From NCBI RefSeq assembly GCF_001194135.2, contig NC_068996.1, positions 35,557,161 to 35,598,128 on the forward strand: 40,968 nucleotides of DNA. The letters run 5' to 3'. Made by a program: the position numbers and the translations under genes. Below are positions 21,501-29,436 of the stretch, piece after piece (position 1 is the first letter of the stretch; each line of letters begins with the position of its first letter). The notes beneath the pieces were generated by a model. It had not been told where the DNA came from. It did not search any database and saw nothing but the letters and a program-made list of their open reading frames with translations. This DNA is from Octopus bimaculoides. Its lineage: Eukaryota.

Positions 21501-24500
21501 CCGGAGAATAAAGTAGAAGTTGTTAGTGCGTCAGAGAACCAATTACAAATGTTTGGAACTCAAATGAGTCAACTGGAAGTTGTTGGTGCTTCCGGAAATC
21601 AGTTGACAGTTGTCAGTACTTCAGGGAATCAGCTGGCACTTGTTAGTACCCCTAGCAACCAACTAGAAACATTTAGTATTTCAGAACAGCAGCTTCAGGT
21701 TGTTGCTGGTGGGGAGACTCTATTGGAAACAGTTAACAGTGGAGAGCAGCAGCTAGAAGCATTGGATGGCCAGACACAACAACTAGAGGCAGTAGTTTTA
21801 CAAGATCAGGGAACACTTAGTATACAACAATTAGCAGCCTGTCAACAAGCTGTAACTGGACAGCAAGAGGAGGTACAGATTATTGAAACTGTAACTCCTG
21901 ATTTGACTGAGAAACAAGGACAAACAGAAGCAGCAACTCCAAGACGTAGAGGCAGGCCACCTAAGTCTACTACTCCAGCAGCATCTCAGGCTACTAAAAG
22001 CACAGATAATGAATTTGAAACTCCAAAATCCAGTAACCGATCTTTACGTGTTCGAAGCAAAGAAACCAGTGGTGATGAATCAGAGCCTAGTGCTACAAAA
22101 GAAACCAAACAAACAAAGAGAAAGTCTTCCAAAGAAACTGATTTATCCGAAGACGCTGAACAAAGTGTTGATAGTGCAGGGGAATCTAAGAGTGAATCTA
22201 CTTTAAAACGAAAGCGAGGTAGACCTCGGAAAGATGATCCTCCTAAGAAAGAAAAAGCAACCACTGAAAAACACGACACGCCTTCTTCGAGTCAGAAGAG
22301 AGGTCGTCCAAGAAAAGATTCGTTAGAAAAGAATTATGATGTTGATTCTCCAGAAGGACGAGCTAAACGTCAAAAGATTAGCAATGAAGAAGAAGAGGAG
22401 GACGAAGAAGAAGGTAGGCGCCGTTCTGGCAGAATAAAGAAAGGTCAGGAAGAAAAGTCACAGAAGAAATCCTCTCCTGAAATATCTACTAAGAAAAAGG
22501 AAAAATTATCTTCAAAGGGCAAGGATGCAGCAAAAGAATCGCCAAATGTGTCAAAGAAAGCTGAAGATACTCTGCCACGTCGTGGTAGACCAAAAAGTAA
22601 GGAAACACCAAAATCTGCAAAGAAAGATTCTGAGAGTAGTGAAGTAGCTGAGAAATCTTCAGGTCGCCGATCGAAGGCAACGAGTGAGAAAGATGGTGAG
22701 CCAGTTGCTAGCACTTCTGGAATTAAGTATGTCAGGAAGCGTAAGGCTGAATCTGAAGACGATGAGGTGCCTTCAGAAGAAAGTGATGAAGCAGTTAGTG
22801 AATTATCAAGAATTGATCTTCCATCTAAAGTTTCTATGGCTTCGCCAAAAAAGAAAGCAAGGTATTTTGAAGATACTGCTGTTGCTGTAGGTACAAGTAC
22901 AATTTATGATGATAGTGAAGATGAAGATGTTGACGAAGATGAAGATGAGGAGGAGGAGATTGAAGAAGTTGAGGAAGACGACGAGGATGATGACGAAAGT
23001 GATGAATATATAGGAACTGTTATCACTTCTCCTAGAAGTAAAACCATGTCATATTCTCATATTAAAAGTAGTAATGAATCCATGCGAGACATGAAACAGG
23101 AGCCTCTTGAAATGGAAGTAGAGGACATGGAAGGGTATATTGAAGATAAAAATGACAATACTATTGAAGACAGAGATGATAGAGAAGAAATTTATGAGCT
23201 TGAAGAAGAATCTTTGTCAAGAATTATCTGTGGAGATGATGGAGCAGTTCTCACTCCTATTAGAGTTCACAGGCGGCGGCTTGATGACAAACAAGATGAT
23301 ATTTATAACATTGATCAAATTGATGAGGATGAGTTTTTGGCTGCAAAAAATGCTGCTATGCAAGACAAATCTCCAAGGACACCACAGACGCCTCAGTTTG
23401 TTGAGGTTGAAACTGTTTTTGAATCTCCTGGTAGACGATCTGTACAAACACAGACAGATCCACGACTGAGGAAAAAGAAATTTGGACCACTTGGGCAAGA
23501 AGGTGAAATTGATGAAATAGATGCAGATGATGGAGATCTTTATAGAAGACGTCGCCGAAAGAAGGAAGAGTCAGATTTCAGTTTATTTGAAGATGAACCA
23601 AAGCGTAAGAGTGTTAAACGAAACACTGAAGAAGCTCTGAAATGTCCATTTTGCGATAAGGCCTTCATTGGTCTGGTAAAACATATTAAGAGTAAACATC
23701 GCCATGAAGCAGATTATGATGAAGAAATGCGTAATGCAAAATGGAGAGAGCGTATCATGAAAGTTTCAACACAAGGTGGGGATGAAGCTGGTGAGACTTG
23801 TTCTGAATGTGGCAAGGTCACGAAAAATATGAAGCGCCATCAAGAACTTCACCAGCAAAACAGAATGCAAAGCGCTTGTCCAATTTGTGGAAAGGTAGTC
23901 TTAAGAACAGGAATCAGCTCTCACATGCGCACTGTTCATTCTGGAAGAAAGCCTTATAAATGTCCTCATTGTGATTATTCATCAGCATTCCGTGGAAATC
24001 TTAACACTCATATTAAAGGTATGCATTTGCACACTCGTCAGTATCTCTGTGACGTATGCAAAGCTGCATTCAAAACTTTAGGTGCTCTTATTGGGCATAC
24101 GAAACGAGTACATGAAGGTTGGAAATCTCCTAATCAAAAAATTTTCATTTGCTCTGTCTGTGAGAAAAGGTTTACAAAGAAGTACCATGTTGACCGACAT
24201 ATGCTTATACATACAGGAGAAAAACCACACAAGTGCACTGATTGTGGCCGCTGCTTCAATAATAAGTCGAACCTTATGTCTCATATTCAATTAGTGCATA
24301 AGAAATTATCACCTTATCAATGTGATATGTGCCAGGAGACTTTTAAACGTAAGAAATTATTGCTTGAACATATTGGAAAAGTTCACGTAGCTGCTGGAGA
24401 AATGGCTCCACTGATTAAAGACGAAGATGATGATGATGATGAGGATGAAATGTTAGATGATGGTATGGATGATGAGGAGATTGATGACATGAGAAAAGTA

Positions 24501-24794
24501 ACCGAATTAGTACAATCTCAAGCAGTATATGCTACAGTAACTGATGGTTCAGTTGCTGAAGGAACTTATACTGCTGTTGTCACTGATGCAGCACACGAAC
24601 TTAACAATCAGACAATAACTACATTACAAACAGAGGGTGGACAAGAGACCATTATTATTGTGCATACAGCTAACCCAGAAGAAGTTGCTCATGCTATCGT
24701 TGAACAGGGAGATGGAACAGTGCAATACGAAACATCTGGTCAAACTATCACTGGAACAACTGCAGCTGAATTATTTTCTCAAATGCAGTCTTAA
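15585..24794 (+). CDS. 3069-aa C2H2 zinc-finger / AT-hook protein with long repeat-rich disordered region, encoded by one exon
   Basis: Uninterrupted 9.2-kb ORF with aaaATGg start; 8 C2H2 fingers including a TGEKP linker; 4 RGRP AT-hooks; acidic tracts; basic NLS-like clusters. Orthology not recognised. Confidence 0.93.
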   Translation: MEISGNNLPQSINPDTIQTQDGSIQIPSTHVGSLTSESHAVTDVDIISGTSLSSVPGTIVTSAGVQQTQTVLVSPELFTTLPQVQPTSEGIETTEVTSTTLGGVTYAFIKGLDSSLGSQATCITTPKSILTGQSGGMDVELIPVDNVALQVMAVETKSNDKEKDQDKDDGSSIKHQMIQHAVLVQDPNSQISSLTGKDTEFMTTSGNVSLSVNNTYVCEDGSTIDSTPIQITSKDSKMEEKNPALEAAIQETYFQLDHNMLKSSGVDLNKATLQASADGAQFFVIDLSETEVQNSIPMEIETEQIIKEETVSIDSSAMNIDSNNDETNEVPTESSPYYVVQHVTKTDSDQPEKYFPIKQLPADLKGLVSLSPDIKSKETPVAISLQKDLEAMQKSVAKEGDVLSVDPKASSNELLITNIQGGHEVIMVDIGSAASIVTETIKTSTDAEFEGTEQKDDDQQYVFDVVGSEEQSAGNLLTAKSGSTLLTTTSTVTSTLGSITTTSINTQAASKFRDAGQQTEKSRQAAEQKQSVQSAALPPKQTVVSQAVSQAKQVQVQSTSSNPVVSSQQVQLINKQAGQSTSASTPSTINTSKQLQVTSQLPTKQTYIFAPKPTQMAQTSLLKQAQTTQQTLLKQPVTSAALPKLDQSQQSTVSKLVTSQPITYTQAKQSSQLQSAVTQSKLVPSKVSLISAPRPSTVSSQTITIKQPQAQQVSLQQMASMSKTGQSLLQPSQEPQVQSSVKTTPVQLKQTVTQPITLPQSKQIVLQSSTTSLQKQTQPQQITTWQVQSPVSKPAQSVQVKPGLQVLQPKPVQRLQPKEGVQAQASILQQQQQPKQIAKSPTTQVQMTSTQQLSAKTTTAQPVTKQIIVQQSPKTVTVQQQQSTKPITVQQQQQSPKTVTIQQQPSKPVTVQQQQPSKPVTVQQQQPSKTVTIQQQQPSKPVTVQQQLSKPGTVQQTPKSIIIQQPAKLVSAQQQPVKSVTVQQQVPVKSTAVQQQQQPTKTISVQQQSEKPAVVLQQPAKSVTLVQQPAKSVTLVQQPPLKVTSLQQQQQQTTKSVTVQQQTVKSTTLSQSEPGKTTVTQLPVKAVVSPQTQKPIVVQVQKPVQTTQAAVTQVSSQTLRPSQPAVTTLVSIPSQQQSPKTVTETLVGQQQSAKSVNVQQLVSQQEPIIQKQVVSASSTLQQPQSKILSVTQPASTQPSTVQQQTSRLHESVPKGQTPESKIFSDVKSKDQQQSSTAQSQQLKSMKSLVVQPGRTSETVQKEKSLGTETKRTEAVLNTVKKAVVSQEMGKKPEHVQDVQKQTESLQKAEKKSEDHSKESGTPPVSVKRTEIPQEAGKKAEHLQDTAKKTDVGKKVELSKEAAKKMESSNEAAKKMESSNEAARKVEPPKDVGKKVELPKDAKKVEPLKDVLKKVEPPKDVPKKVEPPKDVPKKVEPPKDVPKRVEPPKDVGKKVETPKEVAKKVEPPKESASKVEVPKDTAKKVEVSKDAANKVEPPKDATKKVEPPKDIAKKVEPPKDAAKKVEPPKDAAKKVEPPKDVPKRVEPPKDAKKAEPPKDIAKKIEPSKDAAKKTEPLKDAAKKVEPPKDAGKKLEPPKDGAKKVELPKDTAKKAELPKDATKKVEPPKDAAKKVEPPKDATKKVDQPKDAAKKVEPSKDVGKRVEPPKDAVKKVESPKDAAKKVEPPKEPGKKTELPKDTAKRAEPIKDAGKKVESVKDATKKAEVQKDIGKKTEPVRDTVKKVESPKDAPKVKDVGRKAEVSKDTGKKTEFAKDVEKTESPKKVEVSQETVKKAESLKKAETTKETNQQTSMTKTVGEPKQAESVNRQELKSISINKPKEDAVVAGQIQTVKVQVPMSSVSKQVGETNKEVQQVEPPQKIQKFDSPKYQLKSTTSAAGHHLGVVSIPEMTVTTQANQAVVGTLESQVEVVSMPSNQVEIVSTPSNQVEIVSTPSNQVEIVSTPSNQIEVMSTPENKVEVVSASENQLQMFGTQMSQLEVVGASGNQLTVVSTSGNQLALVSTPSNQLETFSISEQQLQVVAGGETLLETVNSGEQQLEALDGQTQQLEAVVLQDQGTLSIQQLAACQQAVTGQQEEVQIIETVTPDLTEKQGQTEAATPRRRGRPPKSTTPAASQATKSTDNEFETPKSSNRSLRVRSKETSGDESEPSATKETKQTKRKSSKETDLSEDAEQSVDSAGESKSESTLKRKRGRPRKDDPPKKEKATTEKHDTPSSSQKRGRPRKDSLEKNYDVDSPEGRAKRQKISNEEEEEDEEEGRRRSGRIKKGQEEKSQKKSSPEISTKKKEKLSSKGKDAAKESPNVSKKAEDTLPRRGRPKSKETPKSAKKDSESSEVAEKSSGRRSKATSEKDGEPVASTSGIKYVRKRKAESEDDEVPSEESDEAVSELSRIDLPSKVSMASPKKKARYFEDTAVAVGTSTIYDDSEDEDVDEDEDEEEEIEEVEEDDEDDDESDEYIGTVITSPRSKTMSYSHIKSSNESMRDMKQEPLEMEVEDMEGYIEDKNDNTIEDRDDREEIYELEEESLSRIICGDDGAVLTPIRVHRRRLDDKQDDIYNIDQIDEDEFLAAKNAAMQDKSPRTPQTPQFVEVETVFESPGRRSVQTQTDPRLRKKKFGPLGQEGEIDEIDADDGDLYRRRRRKKEESDFSLFEDEPKRKSVKRNTEEALKCPFCDKAFIGLVKHIKSKHRHEADYDEEMRNAKWRERIMKVSTQGGDEAGETCSECGKVTKNMKRHQELHQQNRMQSACPICGKVVLRTGISSHMRTVHSGRKPYKCPHCDYSSAFRGNLNTHIKGMHLHTRQYLCDVCKAAFKTLGALIGHTKRVHEGWKSPNQKIFICSVCEKRFTKKYHVDRHMLIHTGEKPHKCTDCGRCFNNKSNLMSHIQLVHKKLSPYQCDMCQETFKRKKLLLEHIGKVHVAAGEMAPLIKDEDDDDDEDEMLDDGMDDEEIDDMRKVTELVQSQAVYATVTDGSVAEGTYTAVVTDAAHELNNQTITTLQTEGGQETIIIVHTANPEEVAHAIVEQGDGTVQYETSGQTITGTTAAELFSQMQS
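18190..18790 (+). repeat. Coding array of 10-11-aa units, consensus QQQPSKPVTV
   Basis: cagcagccttctaaaccagttacagta repeated with variable CAG/CAA tracts. Confidence 0.9.
19614..20998 (+). repeat. Coding 30-bp minisatellite, about 45 units, consensus KKVEPPKDAA
   Basis: aagaaagtggaaccaccaaaagatgctgca-type units; exact 30-bp duplication at 19662-19691 / 19692-19721. Confidence 0.95.
21360..21800 (+). repeat. Coding 30-bp array, consensus SNQVEIVSTP, decaying toward the C-terminus (about 14 units)
   Basis: agtaaccaggtagagattgtcagcactcca near-identical three times, then progressively diverged units. Confidence 0.85.
21942..22595 (+). other. Four AT-hook motifs
   Basis: RRRGRPPK (21942), KRKRGRPRK (22206), KRGRPRK (22296), PRRGRPK (22575) match the RGRP core. 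Confidence 0.85.
23643..24386 (+). other. Eight C2H2 zinc fingers
   Basis: CPFC..HIKSKH; CSEC..HQELH; CPIC..HMRTVH; CPHC..HIKGMH; CDVC..HTKRVH; CSVC..HMLIH-TGEKP; CTDC..HIQLVH; CDMC..HIGKVH. Confidence 0.92.
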
Positions 24795-24993
24795 AAGGTA
24801 AGCTTGGTTTTTCTTATCTTATATACATCAGTAAGATGCAATAATATGAAATATCTAATTGACATTTATTTCCTTTCTATTTATTGTTGTTTGTAAGATG
24901 ATTTAATTTATTAACAAGACAGTGAGATGGTAGCAAAGTACAGGAGCTTGATGTAATCGACTAGTTACCCCATCGAAAATTTCAGGCCTTGTA

Positions 24994-25400
24994 CATCATC
25001 ATCGTTTAACGTCTGCTTTCCATGCTAGCATGGGTTCGACGATTTGACTGAGGACTGGTGAAACCAGATGGCTACACCAGGCTCCAATCTGATCTGGCAG
25101 AGTTTCTATGGCAGGATGCCCTTCCTAACGCCAACCACTCAGAGAGTGTAGTGGGTGCTTTTACGTGTCACCCGCATGAAGGCTTGGCAACGGCCACGTT
25201 CAAGATGGTGTATTTTATGTGCCACCTGCACAAGAGCCAGTCCAGGGGCACTGGCAACGATCTCGCTCGAAAATCTTACGAAGGCCAGTCAGGCGGTACT
25301 AGCAACGGCCACGCTCAAAATGGTGCATTTTATGTGCCAGTCCAGGGGCACTGGCAACAATCTCGCTTGAAAGTCCTTAGACATGCCGCGGGCACAAGTG
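24994..25400 (-). mobile_element. Family C SINE copy, inserted in the tail of a family D SINE
   Basis: High similarity to 8444-8822; it splits aaatttcaggccttgt|gcct.tagtagaaag, which is contiguous at 25792-25820. Confidence 0.85.
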
Positions 25401-25424
25401 CCTCTAGTAGAAAGAATTATTAAC

Positions 25425-25830
25425 AAAGTAGAGAACTGGCAAAATTCTTAATGCGCCGGACAAAATGCTTTGTGGCATTTCTTCAGAGTTTATGTTCCGA
25501 GGTCAACTTCTCCGTTCATCCTTTCAGTGTGGATGTAGTCAACTATCCCACTCACTCTTAAATTGCTAGCCTTGTGCCAAAATTGAAACCATTAATTTTA
25601 TCATCATTATTATTATTATTAATAAGGCAGAATCATTAGCATGCCAGGCGAAATGCTTAGCAGTATTTTGCCCATTGCTACATTCTGACTTCAAATTCCA
25701 CCATGGTCAACTTTGCTTTTCATCCTTTTAGGGTCAATGAATAAAGTACTCATGAAGCATGGGCCAATGTAATCAACTACCCCCCCCCCCAAATTTCAGG
25801 CGTTGTGCCTTTAGTAGAAAGGATTATTAT
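25425..25830 (+). mobile_element. Two tandem SINEs, family D (Deu/Nin-like central core, ATT tails)
   Basis: ggtcaactttgcttttcatccttt core; homologous to 34190-34570 and 40596-40814. The Deu/Nin label is recalled, not searched. Confidence 0.75.
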
Positions 25831-26649
25831 TAATAATTTTTAAATATTTTTTTCAGTTTACATTATTAAAAGTTCCTTTAAATTCTTTATATTTACAGGA
25901 GAGAGACTTTCTTCCTTTTCGCTAATGGTGTAACAGCTTCAAAATATCCATTATCAGAGCACAAGATTTTGTTTCAATTCCATAGCTGGTTAGTTTTGAA
26001 ATGATAATGAATATTCTTTGAAAGACTTTGTGTTTTATATATATATATATATATCTATATATATATATATATATATATGTATATGTGTGTGTATGTATAT
26101 ATATATACATATACATGTCTATGTGTGTATATATATGTGTGTGTGTGTATGCATAAATAAATGTGTGTGTGTGTGTGTGTGTATAAACACATACACATAA
26201 TGTATATATACACACATACACATTGTACATGAGAAGAAGCACTTGGAAGTGTACGTTTTTGATATTGTACCATTTATAAATTGGTTGAATAGTTTTAAAC
26301 CACCTCAGACGAACAATGGCTTATCAGTCCTGGTTTACAATTTAGGTGGCAACATTGTTACTTATGTTCTTTAAGCTTTTAAAATGTTTATATTTCTATT
26401 AATATTTTTATCTAGCTATGAATTCAAAAGGTAACTTAGAAAGCGTTTGAAATTCCGAAGATTAACTCATTGTACTTCTTTTCTGGGGTGGGTGTATGTG
26501 TGTGTGTCAAATTGAATACACCAAAAGAGCTACTATTGTGTGTGTGTGTATTATATGCTATGATGTGATTGTTTATGATTTGAATGACATTGTCAGGTAG
26601 GTGTGAGGCCAGATCTAGCCAGTGTGAATGTGTGTGTACGTATACATAC

Positions 26650-26700
<51 letters not shown>

Positions 26701-27286
26701 CACACATATAAATATGCATATATATATAAAATCAAGCTTGAATGATTGCCTTAAGATACATGGCATATTTCGTAAATATGCCTATGCAAATATCTTAAAA
26801 GCTCTTTCGGTTGTGTGTGTGTATGGATATATATATTTGTTTCAGCCATGTGGCTGGAACACCACTGTGGGAATATATGTATGCCTGAGTATAAAAGAAA
26901 TGACTATTGGAAAGAAATTTCTGCAAGAATTTATTTTAATTTGGTTGATTGATATCTTCGATTTATTAACTGTGTCTAGTTATATTTATGTTTTCAGAAA
27001 TTTAAAAATATTTTCAATATTTGGTTTCTATTACAAGCCACCCATTTAAAAAAATTTTTTACTGGTAAAAATGGAAGTTCCTTTTGTCATTTAGTCACTC
27101 TATGCTTGTTGCTTCCATTGTACTTTCACATAATAAGATGTTTCTTATTGTTTTAAAAATGATGTTTTAAGTTTAGATTTCCTCAACATAGAACTAGTTA
27201 TATTATTTATATTGGTGTGTTCACTTGCATTTTATGTAATATTCATATAATTTGTCTGATTTTTTTATCTTCTCGATATCCAAATA

Positions 27287-27404
27287 ATATGGTTCTACAT
27301 TTAAGAGATGAGGAATTATGTACATTATTTACATTTGACAAATATTTGTCCTCATCATGTTTGTTGTTAACACAACGTTTCGGCTGATATACCTTCATCA
27401 GGTG
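27287..27404 (-). mobile_element. Hammerhead-motif element, copy A (Penelope pLTR-like)
   Basis: Minus strand reads cac-CTGATGA-aggtatatcagcc-GAAA-cgtt-gtgtt, followed by the shared 3' body. Confidence 0.75.
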
Positions 27405-27643
27405 AAACATGCCCTCCCCCCCAAAAAAAACAAATAAGAGTAGAGGAACATTGCAAAGCTGTGACACGAGGAGATATAATAGAGAACACCACTGGAAAAT
27501 ATGAAAAATAAAAGAAGCAGCATATATGCTAGGACACAACAACCTCCTAAGCAGATATGAATAGCATATCGGAACCGGTATTAAGGAAGGATAGGAAAAT
27601 ATTAGATTTATAAGCCCTAAAATTCACTCCATAATTTGCTCAC

Positions 27644-27838
27644 GGGCATATGGCGTAGTGGTTAAGAGCGTGAGCTACTAACCCCAAGATTCCAAGTTCA
27701 ATTCTAGGCAGTGACTTGAATAATGATAATAATAATATCGAAATTTCCCCAAGACACCTGATGAAGGCTGGAGGGTATGTTAGCCGAAACATTGTGTTAA
27801 CAACAAAGTTGACAAATATCCATCAAATGTAAAATAAT
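27644..27838 (+). mobile_element. Hammerhead-motif element, copy B, with tRNA-derived head
   Basis: A box tggcgtagtgg (27651-27661), B-box-like gttcaattc (27696-27704), (AAT)n, then gacac-CTGATGA-a-ggctg..tagcc-GAAA-catt-gtgtt (27753-27798). Confidence 0.8.
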
Positions 27839-28689
27839 CATCCAAATAGTTAAAAAATTAAAAGACATGTATCTCAAAAGTTTCTTTTAGAAGCGATAGG
27901 GAAAATCTTCAAGTATATGATCTTGGTTGGTAATTCTTTAAAAGACAAAAAGCACTTTAATAGACATTTTGATTTTCAGTTCCAGTAAACTGTGAATATA
28001 TATATATCTATGGTAGTGGCGGCATTAACTCTTATCCAAGTAGTTAATCTGTAGTGAGTCGTTGAGCCTCTTCATCCTAATGAGTGCAAAGGGCGCCAGT
28101 GCCTGAGGTGGCAGTTCATATATGAAACATATATTATAGATTCTTAATATATATTATATAATACATATATAAAGCATGTTATATGTGTGTGTCAAGAACA
28201 CTACTCGCTGCCAGGAGTCAAACTCATGACCTTATGATCGTGAGCCAGTTATCCTAACCACAGGATATAAACACATACATATATATGCACACATGCATAT
28301 ATTTCTTTTACTTATTTTTGAAGTGCCTTACGATAAAATGTTTGTGAAATTTGTAGCATTAATAATAACAATGTTTATGACTAGATGAGTAGTTCCACAT
28401 AGAAGATTATTGATGTTAATTAGATTTCTTTATAGTAATCCAGCTAATACAGATTGAAAATATTTTACCAAAGAATAAAATGGTTTTTGACTTAATATCT
28501 AATGACATGTGAAATTAACTCTCTTAACAGTAATATTTGTATTAGATTCAGGTTGATTTCACTCTTTCTCATGATATTTTCTTTAAATATTTCTTTAGGT
28601 TTAATTGTCAGTGCATAGCAGATAGGCTCAGAGAGTGTTATTCATGTTGTACAAGCGTTTATCACTTTCTCTGTGTGTGTGTGTGTGTG

Positions 28690-28743
<54 letters not shown>

Positions 28744-29213
28744 NNNNNNNNNNNNNNNNNNNNNNNNNNNNNNNNNNNNNNNNNNNNNNNNNNNNNNNNN
28801 NNNNNNNNNNNNNNNNNNNNNNNNNNNNNNNNNNNNNNNNNNNNNNNNNNNNNNNNNNNNNNNNNNNNNNNNNNNNNNNNNNNNNNNNNNNNNNNNNNNN
28901 NNNNNNNNNNNNNNNNNNNNNNNNNNNNNNNNNNNNNNNNNNNNNNNNNNNNNNNNNNNNNNNNNNNNNNNNNNNNNNNNNNNNNNNNNNNNNNNNNNNN
29001 NNNNNNNNNNNNNNNNNNNNNNNNNNNNNNNNNNNNNNNNNNNNNNNNNNNNNNNNNNNNNNNNNNNNNNNNNNNNNNNNNNNNNNNNNNNNNNNNNNNN
29101 NNNNNNNNNNNNNNNNNNNNNNNNNNNNNNNNNNNNNNNNNNNNNNNNNNNNNNNNNNNNNNNNNNNNNNNNNNNNNNNNNNNNNNNNNNNNNNNNNNNN
29201 NNNNNNNNNNNNN
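28744..29213. other. Assembly gap (N)
   Basis: Run of N. Confidence 1.
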
Positions 29214-29267
29214 AGAGAGAGAGAGAGAAATTCACACATATTTGTACATATGACTGCCTAAATATAT

Positions 29268-29436
29268 AATACAGTTCTATATTTAAGAGATGAGGAATTA
29301 TTTACATTTGATGGATATTTGTCCTCATCTTGTTAACATGTTTCGGCTGATATACCCTCCAGCCTTCTTCAGGTGTCTTGGGGAAGTTTCGAACCTGGGT
29401 TCTCTTTCCTAAGGTATTTTTCGATGTTATTATTAT
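29268..29436 (-). mobile_element. Hammerhead-motif element, copy C
   Basis: Minus strand reads (aat)n-catcgaaaaataccttagg...gacac-CTGAAGA-a-ggctg..cagcc-GAAA-catgttaa, then the full 3' body. Confidence 0.8.

Larger units (their letters stand above)
24798..25898 (+). other. Probable 3'-UTR intron starting 3 nt after the stop codon
   Basis: TAA-AAG|GTAAGC at 24792-24803; acceptor tttatatttacag|g at 25898 (alternative tttttttcag at 25856); the interval is filled with SINEs. Confidence 0.6.

Noticed and set aside
15585-24794. Assigning a gene symbol (for example PATZ1, ZNF653 or REST/CTCF-like)
   Set aside because: Only generic AT-hook and C2H2 features are shared; I do not recognise a specific orthologue without a search.
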